DNA from: an uncultured Acidimicrobiia bacterium
GTDB lineage: Bacteria; Acidobacteriota; Terriglobia; Versatilivoradales; Versatilivoraceae
Reading direction: 5' to 3'
Assembly (NCBI GenBank): GCA_963786955.1
Contig: CAWBAT010000008.1
Location: forward strand, 570,783-634,782
DNA: 64,000 bases
Part shown: in pieces, positions 18,359 to 28,483 of the stretch
Numbering within the stretch: the first letter of the stretch is position 1
How the letters are laid out: every line of letters begins with the position of its first letter
Translations under genes and position numbers: made by a program
Notes under the pieces: model-generated
The model's input: the letters and a program-made list of their open reading frames with translations, nothing else
Told to the model about the DNA's origin: nothing
Database searches by the model: none

Positions 18359-19402
18359 ATGAGAATCAAATTCTGGTGTCGCATTCAGTGTATTTCATTC
18401 CTGTGCCTGTTAGCCGTTGATGCGTTTGCGGAGGACGCCCAGAAGAAGGAACCTCTCGCATTGATTAATGACGAGCCTATTACCGCTGAAGAGGTCGAAA
18501 AGCCGCTTGGTGCCGAGATCAGTAAGCTAGAAGAGCAGGTCTATGCACTCAAGCGACAAAAGCTAGAAGGGCTCATCCAGGTAAGGTTGCTGGCCAAGGA
18601 GGCCGCCAAACGGGGGATTAGCATCCCCGCGCTCTTGGACGCAGAGGTGACATCAAAGATCAGTGCAGTTACCGATGAAGAGATCGAAACTTACTACCAA
18701 GCCAATAAAGCCAAATACCCTGGAGATAATTATCGGCAGGTGATTCAATCTCAACTGCAAAATCAAAGGCGCTTCGCCCAACAGCAGGCTTTTATCAGAT
18801 CACTTCGATCTCAGGCAAACATCGTCATCAATCTGAAGCCGCCCCCGGTCTATCGAGTCAACGTCAGTGCGGAGGGTGCTCCGATTCGCGGCTCTGCCAA
18901 CGCCCAGGTAACGATCGTCGAGTTTTCAGATTTCCACTGCCCCTACTGTAAACAGGTTCAACCCACTCTGAAGCGGATTCTGTCTGACTATGGCGACCGT
19001 GTGAGACTAGCCTACCGGGATTTTCCCATCGACCACCTTCACCCAAGTGCGCGCAAAGCCGCTGAGGCGGCCCGCTGCGCCAACGACCAGGGGAAGTTCT
19101 GGGAGTTTCATGACAAGCTTTATGGCAGCGCGACAGACGCGAGCCCTGAAACCCTGACGGGTCTTGCCAAGGAAACAAACTTAGATGTTGTTGCTTTCCA
19201 GCAATGCATTGCCACCAGCAGACACCGGCCCGATATTGATCGAGATATCGAGGAGGCTTCTAGTTTAGGAATAACCGGCACGCCAGGCTTTTTCATTAAC
19301 GGAAGATTGATTTCTGGAGCCCAAGCATATGAAAGCTTCGCCAGAATCATCAATGAAGAGCTAGCACAGTCTGGCCAGAAACCTACCACTCAAGCGCCCT
19401 AA
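18359..19402 (+). CDS. DsbA/thioredoxin-fold protein with SurA-N-like domain
   Basis: EFSDFHCPYC, YRDFP and GITGTPGFFING motifs; N-terminal signal; helical chaperone-like domain. Confidence 0.9.
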   Translation: MRIKFWCRIQCISFLCLLAVDAFAEDAQKKEPLALINDEPITAEEVEKPLGAEISKLEEQVYALKRQKLEGLIQVRLLAKEAAKRGISIPALLDAEVTSKISAVTDEEIETYYQANKAKYPGDNYRQVIQSQLQNQRRFAQQQAFIRSLRSQANIVINLKPPPVYRVNVSAEGAPIRGSANAQVTIVEFSDFHCPYCKQVQPTLKRILSDYGDRVRLAYRDFPIDHLHPSARKAAEAARCANDQGKFWEFHDKLYGSATDASPETLTGLAKETNLDVVAFQQCIATSRHRPDIDRDIEEASSLGITGTPGFFINGRLISGAQAYESFARIINEELAQSGQKPTTQAP

Positions 19403-19498
19403 TGACTTTGGCGGCGTCCTCATGACCCCCGTCTTTGCTACCGCGTGCCTTATCAGCGTTGCTTAGCCCTTGTAGACACGATCCCTGATCCCGGCCCT

Positions 19499-19658
19499 AG
19501 AGATTGGACATAGAGCAGGCCAGAGGCCCGCATCACAACCTTGTGGTGCAGGCGTCCTCGCCTGCCCCCAAGCGGACTGAAAGGCCGCCACTTGTGGGCG
19601 GGACGCTCGCGCTCCCAGGGCAACCTCTTCTGCAAGGACTTCTGCAACTCAGTACTAG
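19499..19658. repeat. REP/MITE composite
   Basis: TAGAGATTGGACA end; inverted homolog of 4118-4196; TGCAACTCAGTACTAG end. Confidence 0.75.
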
Positions 19659-20359
19659 TTCACTCAGAGGTGGACTAGATTCCTCCGTCGCGATTGCCGT
19701 TGCATCAATTTACCAATTAACAACTGCTCCACACGCAGACAGGTATTCCCTGTCACTTGAAAGTAATTCCGGCATTGCCCAAATTCTCAACTTCCATCGC
19801 CTAGCGACCGCTCTAAACCTGTCTCATCGCGCTTCTCCAGTCTTGGCAAGGTTCTTTAAGCTTCTAGCACCTCAAAATGCCCCAAGGGTCGAGCTGGAGG
19901 GGAGTTCCCTCGTGCACAATGAGGGGACAGCTTCTCTTAAGTAGAAAACTTTTTCTTATTTGGCAGATGTGAGAAGCAGGTTTACATCCTGACAGTTGGC
20001 ACCTAAATACTTTTCCCATTAAGCGAATAAGACTGGTCAGGCATCCAAATACGGTTTTGTGGCCGCAGGTTTGCACCTTTTGGCCCTGTGTGGATCCTCA
20101 CTGGGTTACTCACACCTTCAAGGATTCAACGCAACGCTGCTTCGAGTGATTGCTCGGGGATATTGGTGACACGGCGGTGTACAGGGCTGCAGAAGTCCGG
20201 GTTGCATGGGTTGTCCGGGGTCAGCGACCCCGGCTACAGCAAGACACGAGATTAGATCAACAAAGCACTAAGATCTACCTTCTTTGGTTGCTTTTAGATT
20301 CCAGAGAATTAAAGCGGATTCGCAGGAACGCCAAATTTTAAAACAGGAGTAATCATCAC

Positions 20360-22103
20360 ATGCTAAAGGGAAAGAAATGCAGGACAGAAAAATGCCAGGG
20401 GAGGTACTTATGCATCAAGTCTTACATCGATACTATATCAACGCTTATAATCGCCCTCGCGCTAGCCGTGCTCGCTGCATGGCCAGCCACAGTGTTTGCG
20501 CAGATTCAACTTGACGGCGATGCAAAGAAGAGTACCGGCACAGGTAGTGGCACTGACTGGGACGAAGTGCTTTGCCCGAACGCAAGTATTAATTGTACCG
20601 GCCTGACTGCCGGTGGTGGCGCGACCGCCAAGACAGGACTCGTCGTTGACCGGCCGGAACCCTCGTTCGCTCAGTTCACCGGGGGCGGATCAAAGGATGA
20701 ACAAGATATCCCAATTGGAGGCATCGTAGCGGGACGCCGCTCGGACTAAGGACGACATCTCGCACGCTTTCGCGGCTGCTTTCACGAAGAACATTACTAA
20801 TGGTCCTCACACTATCCTCGCTTTTGGCATGGACCGCTATGACACCAGCGGTAACGCGCAGCTAGGGTTCTGGTTTCTTGCCCAAAACGCGCAGCCTATC
20901 GCTGGCGGGACTTTTAAGGGTAATCATCAGGATGGCGACTTGCTCGTCCTCGTTAACTTCGTCAGCGGCGGCACCATTCCGAACTTACAGGTATATAAGT
21001 GGATGAACGGGGGGGTGGTGTCACAGGGCATCGGCGGAACGGTGTCATGTAGCGGCGGGACTATACCGGGATCCGGCTTTTGTGGAATCACCAATGCTGT
21101 TTCTGTTGACGCTCCCTGGACGTACGAGAACAAGGACGTGGGCGTCACCACGTCCTTCCCAGCCGGGGCCTTCTTCGAGGGTGGAATCGACCTTACGGCT
21201 CTGGGCCTGACGGGATGCTTCACTGGATTCATCGCCGAAAGCCGCAGCTCTACTTCGATCACAGCGGTATTGAAAGACTTCTCAGACCCAGGTGCTGGAT
21301 TCAACCTCTGCAGCATCGGCGTGACCAAAGAGTGCGCAACTCCAGTGCTGAGTGGTGACCAAAAGTATATCACGTACACAATTCGCGGTACAGTTAAGAA
21401 CACTGGTTCCGGTACAGTGTACAATGTGGACCTTGCTGATAACCCAGCTGCGGACCCGAACAGTACCAATCACTTCGATGTCACTGATTGTGCAACTAAG
21501 ACACAAGATCATGGCGACTTCCCCGTTGCCTCGATGGTGGGCGGAGCACAGGTCTGCTACAAGTCCAGCATTACGGTGCCTCTGGCCACCGGCAACAAGG
21601 ACACAGTTACCGTGACAGCGAATTCGAAATCCGATTTAACCGGCACGGGGTTGACAAATTCGGCCACGGCAGACTGTCCGAATGCTACGATTGTGGCAGC
21701 ACTTACGGTTACAAAGAATTGTGAAACTGTGCTCGATACCGTGGGCAGCAATCTTGTCGTTAAGGTCAATGCCTGGGGGGATGTCTGCAACAGCGGCGGC
21801 GCAGGCGGCTCTAACTTATCCCAAGTGACGGTGTCGGATACCATCGGTAGCACGACCACTACTGTGCTAAGCGTAAATTCGCTGCTGGCCGATACTGATC
21901 CTACTTCCGTTGTCCAAGGGGAGTGCAAGCCTTACTCGTTCTCCTACTACCCGTCGGGAGCCAACTCTACCACTCCCGGCAGCGTGTGCTTCCAAGACAC
22001 TGTCACCGCCACAGCCAAGGATATCTTTAATGCTACGGTCAATGCGGTGCCAGCTATTGCTAACTGCTCCCTCTGCCCGGGCACGCATTGCCCGGCGCCG
22101 TAA
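20360..22103 (+). CDS. Secreted Cys/Thr-rich surface protein (frameshift near 20710-20750)
   Basis: AGGAG RBS; signal-like segment ending TVFA-Q; FTGGGSKD, GNAQLGFWF, FFEGGIDLT and ESRSS motifs; two Ig-like xTKxC modules. Confidence 0.8.
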
Positions 22104-22149
22104 CAGCCCGCGACTGGGGATGAGGTTATCTTGTTACTGGACCACTTGA

Positions 22150-22187
22150 GAGGGCGATGGGTAGATCCCATCGCCCTCTTCTTTTTT
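22150..22187 (+). terminator. Rho-independent terminator
   Basis: GAGGGCGATGGG-TAGAT-CCCATCGCCCTC followed by TTCTTTTTT. Confidence 0.85.
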
Positions 22188-22269
22188 CTTCGACGAGTCG
22201 AGGCGCCAACACGTGACTGTTCGCGTATCTTCCTCGAGCTACCGAATTGGCTGCGGCCCCCTTGGGAGA

Positions 22270-22586
22270 GAAGGTGTGAAGAAATTCAATTCTTGGCTTC
22301 CCTCCTTGGTTAGGAGGGGGCAGGGGGGTGGTGGTTCTGGTAGGGCGCGTACGGTGTGCGCGCCGAATGTCCGCGACGGTCTCAGCCCCGCAGTGGCGGC
22401 CTTTCAGGCCACATGGGGGCAGGCAAGGGTGCCTGCACCACAAGGTTGTGGTGCGGGCCTCTGGCCTGCACAAATGTCCAAACTCCAGCGGCGGTCTCAG
22501 CGAGACCGCCCTACCTTACTCCTGGAGTCCCTTAACCAAGGGGGACACTGGCAGATCAACACCGAAACCAATTATTTCACACCTTC
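22270..22586. mobile_element. MITE-like element with nested REPs
   Basis: Perfect 11-bp terminal inverted repeat GAAGGTGTGAA / TTCACACCTTC enclosing several REP hairpins. Confidence 0.6.
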
Positions 22587-22710
22587 CGGGGTGTAGCGCG
22601 CGCTCCTGCGCACGCTTGCCGCTGAGATCGGGCCGGTGGTTCCGTATTGAGTGTTTTGAAGTCTACAGAAAGCGTGGAAGCCACATGGAGCGCGCCCGAT
22701 CCTTTAACAC

Positions 22711-24684
22711 CTACGGCTTGGGCCCGCCTTTACCACCACCACCGCTGCTTCCGCCTCCAATAGTGACTGTGGCGGTGTTGCTCGACGCAGACACGTTGCC
22801 AGCCGCATCGAATGCTTTAACAAAGTATTGGTAGGTCGCACCCGAAGTCGTCGATCCATCAATGTAGCTCAGACTCGTGGTAGTACCGATCAAGAAACCA
22901 TTTCGAAAAACTTTATAGCCGCTGACACCCACGTTGTCGTGAGAAGCACTCCAGGAGAGGCTCACTCCCTTGCGGTTGACTGAGGCTGAGAGTCCGGTCG
23001 GCGCCGAGGGAGAGGTCAGGTCGGGCTGGAGCACGAGGCTATAAGTGCCTCTTACAGAAACTGTGCGGCTCGGTTGATTCGCATCCCAAACATCCACCCC
23101 CACAGTGTAATTGCCTGCAGTCGCGCCTGGTGGCGAGGTCACGGAAAGACTGGCTTGGCCGCTGCCGCCAGGCAGCAACGTCAGCGATGCGGGTGAGACG
23201 CCTCCAGTCCATCCAGCGGGCACGGACTGGCGCAGATTGAAGACAGTTTGTGAGCAGTTCGTACTATCCAAGTTGGTAACAGAGACCGTGTAGTTGAGGG
23301 TGCCGCCCGGATTTGCATTTTGGCTCGATGGAGAAAGGCCGACCGTCGGCAGCGCAGGCCGGCACGTGTTTTCGAAGCGCACCTGTGTGGTTGCATGATC
23401 CACTGTGTGACTCATCTGCGTGAAGGTGATCCCATTAACCGAATCGGCAAAACTCTCTCCATCGGCAAGCACGGCCACAAGATTGGTGTTACCTGCTCCG
23501 CTCCAGCTATGCACGCTCGTCCGATCGAGGTACGAAAAAAGATCGAGGTTCACGTCGAAGCCAATCCGCTGGCGATAGGACAGGTAATAGTGTTCATTCG
23601 TGTCTGGTTTGAAAATCTTAAGGGCTGGAGGCGCTACTGTGTTGAGGGGGTTGAGTTCGAGCGGGGCGATGGCGTAATTCCCGTCGTTGCTCACGGCAAC
23701 CAATTCCTGTGGAGGAATCCATCCCATCTGTTCTTTATGGGGCGCGTTGATCTGGCGCAACGGTCTGCCGCTCCCGCCCATGATATCCGAGATGTCACCG
23801 TAAACACCGCTCGGGGTGGCCGCGTGTTGCATCCCCAGGTTATGGCCGAGTTCGTGGGCAAATACGTCCGGCAAGTCGCAGCGGAACACCCAGGCGCGAC
23901 TGGGATTGCTGCCAACCTCACCGATGCCAGCTACAGAACAAATAGACGGCATGACGTACACCTTCCGAGGGAAGGCGTTGAGGTTAATCCCATCGGCTTG
24001 TACCGCTGCATCGGCAGCGTCAGCCCAGAGTGTGGAGTCGCAACTGCTGCCCGAGTAGTTGAGCGCGTAAGGACCCACGACCTGGCCGGTAAATGAGATC
24101 GCGCTATAAGAAGTTTCCCGGTAGAGGCCGTCAACCGAGCTGGTCAGACCATTAAACATGAGGTCCCGAATCGAGTCGATAGAGCAAGCGACACTGGCAT
24201 CGGTTAAATTTGCCACAATCACCAAGGCTTTCTGTTCACCAGAGACAACCGTCGCTGGTGACGTTGCCACTGTAATGCTCTGCTGGTTCACTCCGTCTGC
24301 GGCCAGAAGCAGTTCTTTCCCCTTTGCCGTTCCTCGCGCCGTGACAGTCATTCCCGAACGAAGGTGTTGCGGAGCTTTCTTGGCAAACCGCAGAGTAAAG
24401 GTTTTGCGGGTTTCCTGATCTTCCAGCAAGTATAAGGTCGTCCCGTGCTCTTCGGCTTCTGGCTCATTGTCAATTTGCACGATTTTAAGTTTGCCGGTGA
24501 TGGTGACGTCTATTTTTTCTGCCGGCGCTGCAAAAGCAATTGGGGTGCCACCCAAACCCACGAGCACAGCGACGCATAAAGCGAGGTGCCTAAGCATCAA
24601 TTCTTTGTATTTAATGGTGGAACAGGCGGGGCTCAAAGCCCCGAGAACCGCCGCGACGGCGGACAGGACTAGACTGGTTTTCAT
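22711..24684 (-). CDS. Secreted metallopeptidase, M11 gametolysin-like, with NEW3-like and FN3 domains
   Basis: HELGHNLGMQH zinc motif; YGDISDIMG Met-turn; DLTSPSAPTGL...SWSASHDNVGVSGY FN3; Gly-rich tail. Confidence 0.88.
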   Translation of the reverse strand: MKTSLVLSAVAAVLGALSPACSTIKYKELMLRHLALCVAVLVGLGGTPIAFAAPAEKIDVTITGKLKIVQIDNEPEAEEHGTTLYLLEDQETRKTFTLRFAKKAPQHLRSGMTVTARGTAKGKELLLAADGVNQQSITVATSPATVVSGEQKALVIVANLTDASVACSIDSIRDLMFNGLTSSVDGLYRETSYSAISFTGQVVGPYALNYSGSSCDSTLWADAADAAVQADGINLNAFPRKVYVMPSICSVAGIGEVGSNPSRAWVFRCDLPDVFAHELGHNLGMQHAATPSGVYGDISDIMGGSGRPLRQINAPHKEQMGWIPPQELVAVSNDGNYAIAPLELNPLNTVAPPALKIFKPDTNEHYYLSYRQRIGFDVNLDLFSYLDRTSVHSWSGAGNTNLVAVLADGESFADSVNGITFTQMSHTVDHATTQVRFENTCRPALPTVGLSPSSQNANPGGTLNYTVSVTNLDSTNCSQTVFNLRQSVPAGWTGGVSPASLTLLPGGSGQASLSVTSPPGATAGNYTVGVDVWDANQPSRTVSVRGTYSLVLQPDLTSPSAPTGLSASVNRKGVSLSWSASHDNVGVSGYKVFRNGFLIGTTTSLSYIDGSTTSGATYQYFVKAFDAAGNVSASSNTATVTIGGGSSGGGGKGGPKP

Positions 24685-24778
24685 ATCGCCCTCCTGAAGA
24701 GCGCTTTCTAAGTTCAGAATCCCAGGCCGACCTCCGCAAGAGGGTTAACAAGCCCCTACGACCCAGTGCAAGGTCTTA

Positions 24779-25200
24779 ATCGGAATTTTCATTTTAGCTC
24801 CCAGCAGTTCCTCACTATATACCCATCGAGGGATTCCAGCGCACTACTTTTTCTTTCGCAGGGCCCAGGGCGAGTCACAGGGTCCGGTCTGCCCCAACGC
24901 GACTCCCAAGACTGCTGACCGCGGCCTCCCATCCGTTACGTGTTCGCTGATGAGTTCGCCAAAATACAAGCGTTCATCGAACTCTCGCACCAAGAGCTGG
25001 CCACCATCCGACGTCACTCGCGATCCTTCGAAGATCAACTCTTAAAGAGGGGATGAAGGAGTGCTGAAAGGGCTGGTTTGGCTGTTCACCCACTGGGTGC
25101 AAGCCTTCAGAGTGTCCTTCGCCCGGTCAAAAGTGCGGAATAAAAAGAAGTGGAATGTAGTGAGATGATTTTCGAGACTGACTTAAAGGTTGGTTCAACC
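24779..25200 (-). mobile_element. Internally deleted, degenerate IS1380-family remnant
   Basis: From GTG 25093: GEQPNQPFQHSF..LRVD / FEGSRVTSDGGQLLVREFDERLYFGELI matches the IS1380 transposase N-terminus; right-end-like AAAATGAAAATTCCGA near 24780. Outer boundaries are approximate. Confidence 0.7.
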
Positions 25201-25357
25201 GAGGGCAGGATTGTAACGTTCCGCTAGCTGATGGCAACGCCAGTCGGGAGTTTTGGCTTCGCCCCAAGTTTGTGCGCCGAAGTGATGGGGCGTGCGCCCG
25301 GGAGTCGCATTCGGCCCTGCGCGTCCTCAATGTGCCTCCGATGCCGTTTACGACTAA

Positions 25358-25465
25358 ACCCGAATTCCGAAGTTGCGTGAACGTTGCCAGGTGGAGCGGG
25401 CGCTCCCGCGCACGCTCAATGAACGCGAGGCGGGGGACAGCGGTCCCACGCGCGCGTTCCACCTA
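25358..25465. repeat. REP-like doublet (AGGTGGA family)
   Basis: Inverted homolog of 6951-7057. Confidence 0.7.
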
Positions 25466-25606
25466 ACCCGACAAGCTCTGTGCAAAGCTGAGCGCCTGTG
25501 GTAATTTGAACAGGAGGTCTGACATGGATAAATTGAGAACACGAACCGGAGGCAGGGGCATCCACACATGTGTTTCCTGCATGTCTGCGCCAGCCGCGTT
25601 CCAGAC

Positions 25607-26290
25607 CTACTTTCCCTTCGGAGAATATTTGGTCAATACTTTGATGACGGGCTTTGCCGCGGATGGAACAGCGACCTTTCCCGGGGCCAAAATGACTCTG
25701 GCTTGTATTTCTTTTCCATAAAGAGCCTTGTCTGCATCTTTGTCCTGACGCAAGGTAGATCCTTTCAGTTCCAGCCCGGCAAAGACCCCCTGGCTGCGGG
25801 AATAGCTAAGGATTTTCGCCTTCATAGCTGCATCGGTCTCAGCCGTGGTGGCTCGTCCCACCGGTCCCCCGGCTACCGAGGCATCTCCTCCCAGCGTCAC
25901 TTTGCTGCTGAGAAGGGAATCGATACCGCTCCGATTCATGATCAACAACACTACGTCGACTGCGGCCCCGCCAATCTGTAGCCCAAAACTCCCTCCTTCC
26001 AGAATCACCATCGCGGGCGCCCCCCAGGCAGTCTTGGCGTTATTACGGCAACTGATCATTCCTTTTCCGTACCGGGCTCCAGCGATGAATCCAGCTTTTT
26101 TCATGCTGGGGATGATGGCCACACACTCAGCCTTGTCCAGGAGGTCACGCGGGATGGTTTTGTCAGGAGCTGACATGATTTCACCAAAAACCGTAGCAGA
26201 GTTCGCCAACCTTTCTGCCTCCTTATGCTCAGCAAACAATGTCCCAATATTAAAGGATGCGATCAAGACTACAAGCCATAGCTTATTCAT
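25607..26290 (-). CDS. Ysc84/SYLF lipid-binding domain protein, secreted
   Basis: GGSFGLQIGG, TLGGDASVAGGPVGR and YSRSQGVFAG motifs; signal peptide. Confidence 0.92.
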   Translation of the reverse strand: MNKLWLVVLIASFNIGTLFAEHKEAERLANSATVFGEIMSAPDKTIPRDLLDKAECVAIIPSMKKAGFIAGARYGKGMISCRNNAKTAWGAPAMVILEGGSFGLQIGGAAVDVVLLIMNRSGIDSLLSSKVTLGGDASVAGGPVGRATTAETDAAMKAKILSYSRSQGVFAGLELKGSTLRQDKDADKALYGKEIQARVILAPGKVAVPSAAKPVIKVLTKYSPKGK

Positions 26291-26464
26291 GCCCTTCTCC
26301 TTTCTAACAGTACGTTAGAAGCTTTATCGGTTTACTGAACCTACTGGTGATCTTAAAGTTCTTTTGCGAGCTGTCCAGCTCGGTAACTTACCGGAGTGCT
26401 CTGCCAAAATCTTGGTTGAACATGATTCGAAGAGAGGGCTATAGAGCTTAAGATAGCCTCCGAG

Positions 26465-27865
26465 CTATGGAAGGTTCCAGCCTTGACGATATTGACGGCG
26501 AACATAAGCGTTCGCGTCTGTGTCATTGGTCACTTCCATCTTCTCTCCATCCCAAAGTAGTCTCCGGTCTGGAAAACGGACGGCCAAATTTCCCATGAGC
26601 ACGGTTTCTGACAAGGGTCCGGAATAGTCGAAATTCGAGCAAGCCGGTTTGCCTCCTTTGCAGGCCCGGATCCAATCCTGTTCATGCCCCTTATCGCCTC
26701 CCGGAATCCGCTCCAGCACTCTTGCTGGTTGTACGTACTCTCGCATCCTCGACTCTGGGATTAACGTAGGATTACGGCCGTAACACCCGCACATCAAAAC
26801 CCCTTTATCGCCGAGAAATAGCACTCCACCATCTTTGTCGCCCATGGGTTGGCCTTCTTCGAGAGTGTCAGGGCGGGGTGGCAGCAGCCCTCCATCCCAC
26901 CAGGTCAATTTGACTTCCGGCATGTTTTCTCTCGCCGGAAATTTAAAACGAACGATTGTGGAGCGCGGATACGTTTCATTCTTCGGCTCAGTCTGCTTCC
27001 AGACTTCATGCCAATAAGTCGATATGCAACCCTCCACGCTGATCGGGTATTTCAATTTCAGCGCCCAGAATATCGGGTCGACCACGTGGCAACCCAAATC
27101 ACCGAGTGACCCGGTTCCAAAGTCCCACCACGCCCGCCACCGACTCGGAAGATAAGTTGGATGATAAGGACGGTAGGGGGCAGGGCCAATCCACAAGTCC
27201 CAGTCCAGAGATGTGGGAACGGCCGGGGTCTCTGTCGGTCTTTCCACTTCGATTCCTTGTGGCCAGACGGGCCGATTAGTCCAGGCATGTACTTCACGCA
27301 CGGGACCGATGGCTCCGGCCCAAATCCATTCACAAATAAGACGAACGCCATCCCCGGAATGTCCCTGGTTGCCCATCTGAGTCACTACTTTGTGTTTGCG
27401 GGCCGTTTCGGTCAGCAACCGGGCCTCGTACACCGAATGGGTCAACGGTTTCTGAACATACACGTGTTTCCCTCGCTCGATGGCGGCCAGAGCAATCACG
27501 GCGTGGGTGTGATCGGGAGTCGCGATAATCACCGCATCAATGTCCTTGTGCTGGTCCAACATGACGCGAAAATCCTTGTATTGCTTGGCCTGCGGATATT
27601 TGGCAAAAGTCTTGGCAGCATAATCGGAATCGACGTCACAAAGGGCGACGATGTTTTCTGTCGCACAAGCTTCCAGGTTGCTTTTTCCCATGCCACCCAC
27701 GCCAATCCCGGCAATGTTGAGTTTTTCGTTAGCTGAGGTACTGCCACCCAGCAACTGCCTCGGCACAACAGACAGCCCCCCTGCGGCTACAGCAGCAAAG
27801 CCCAGGAAGGATCTTCGTGGAACCAACCGTTTTGTATTCTCTGTAGGTTTTTCGCAATTCTTCAT
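26465..27865 (-). CDS. Gfo/Idh/MocA oxidoreductase with Tat signal
   Basis: PRRSFL Tat motif; GIGVGGMG; IATPDHTH; HVYVQKPL; QMGNQG. Confidence 0.92.
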   Translation of the reverse strand: MKNCEKPTENTKRLVPRRSFLGFAAVAAGGLSVVPRQLLGGSTSANEKLNIAGIGVGGMGKSNLEACATENIVALCDVDSDYAAKTFAKYPQAKQYKDFRVMLDQHKDIDAVIIATPDHTHAVIALAAIERGKHVYVQKPLTHSVYEARLLTETARKHKVVTQMGNQGHSGDGVRLICEWIWAGAIGPVREVHAWTNRPVWPQGIEVERPTETPAVPTSLDWDLWIGPAPYRPYHPTYLPSRWRAWWDFGTGSLGDLGCHVVDPIFWALKLKYPISVEGCISTYWHEVWKQTEPKNETYPRSTIVRFKFPARENMPEVKLTWWDGGLLPPRPDTLEEGQPMGDKDGGVLFLGDKGVLMCGCYGRNPTLIPESRMREYVQPARVLERIPGGDKGHEQDWIRACKGGKPACSNFDYSGPLSETVLMGNLAVRFPDRRLLWDGEKMEVTNDTDANAYVRRQYRQGWNLP

Positions 27866-28483
27866 GAATGGGAATCTCCTAATTTATTGCGTTTGTATTC
27901 GATGAGGTCTTATTGAAGGACAAGGTAGGAACTTAACCCTCGAGGGTGCTTCCGTCACAGGGCCTCTACTCTTTGGCTTTCATCATAATTTTGCAGGTTT
28001 CTGCTTCGATTGCAAGGATCAGTTTTTGAGATACTTTCGGTCCACATTTCCTGTCCTGGCTTCTGTAAAACCCATCTTTGTAGGCAGTGTGTTTTTATTC
28101 TGGCCAAAACATAGATTGCGCTGCAGACATGAGGGTATGAGCATTTGCCAATGTCGCTCGGACAAAAGGGCTGTAAACCACCAGGCTTGCTTTGTCACCC
28201 TTTCCGAAAAAAAGACTTTTTGTCCATCGCAGCGCGTAATCCCGCCTAAGTAAGAATGGCCTAATTCATTCTAAGTCATATATTTTAAGTAACTTAAAAA
28301 GAAAATACCCCCTTGGGGCATTACGTGCAAATAAGAGAAGAGAAGTTCAGTGCAAGGGTTCTGATAGGTGGAGAAATTTTCGGATGAATAGCCCGTAAAG
28401 TTGTCACAACATGAAAGGTATTTGAAGATCTTTCGAGAGCAGAATTTCGCTTAACTTTCGTTTTGAAATGATCTGCGAGGAGG

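Noticed and set aside
20040-20120. c-di-GMP-I riboswitch
   Set aside because: GCAAAC-like words are present but on the wrong strand for the downstream gene; no GNRA/receptor P2 or matching P3.
28313-28330. Sigma54 promoter (GG-N10-GC)
   Set aside because: Spacing fits, but TGGGGC and GTGC match TGGCAC/TTGC poorly.
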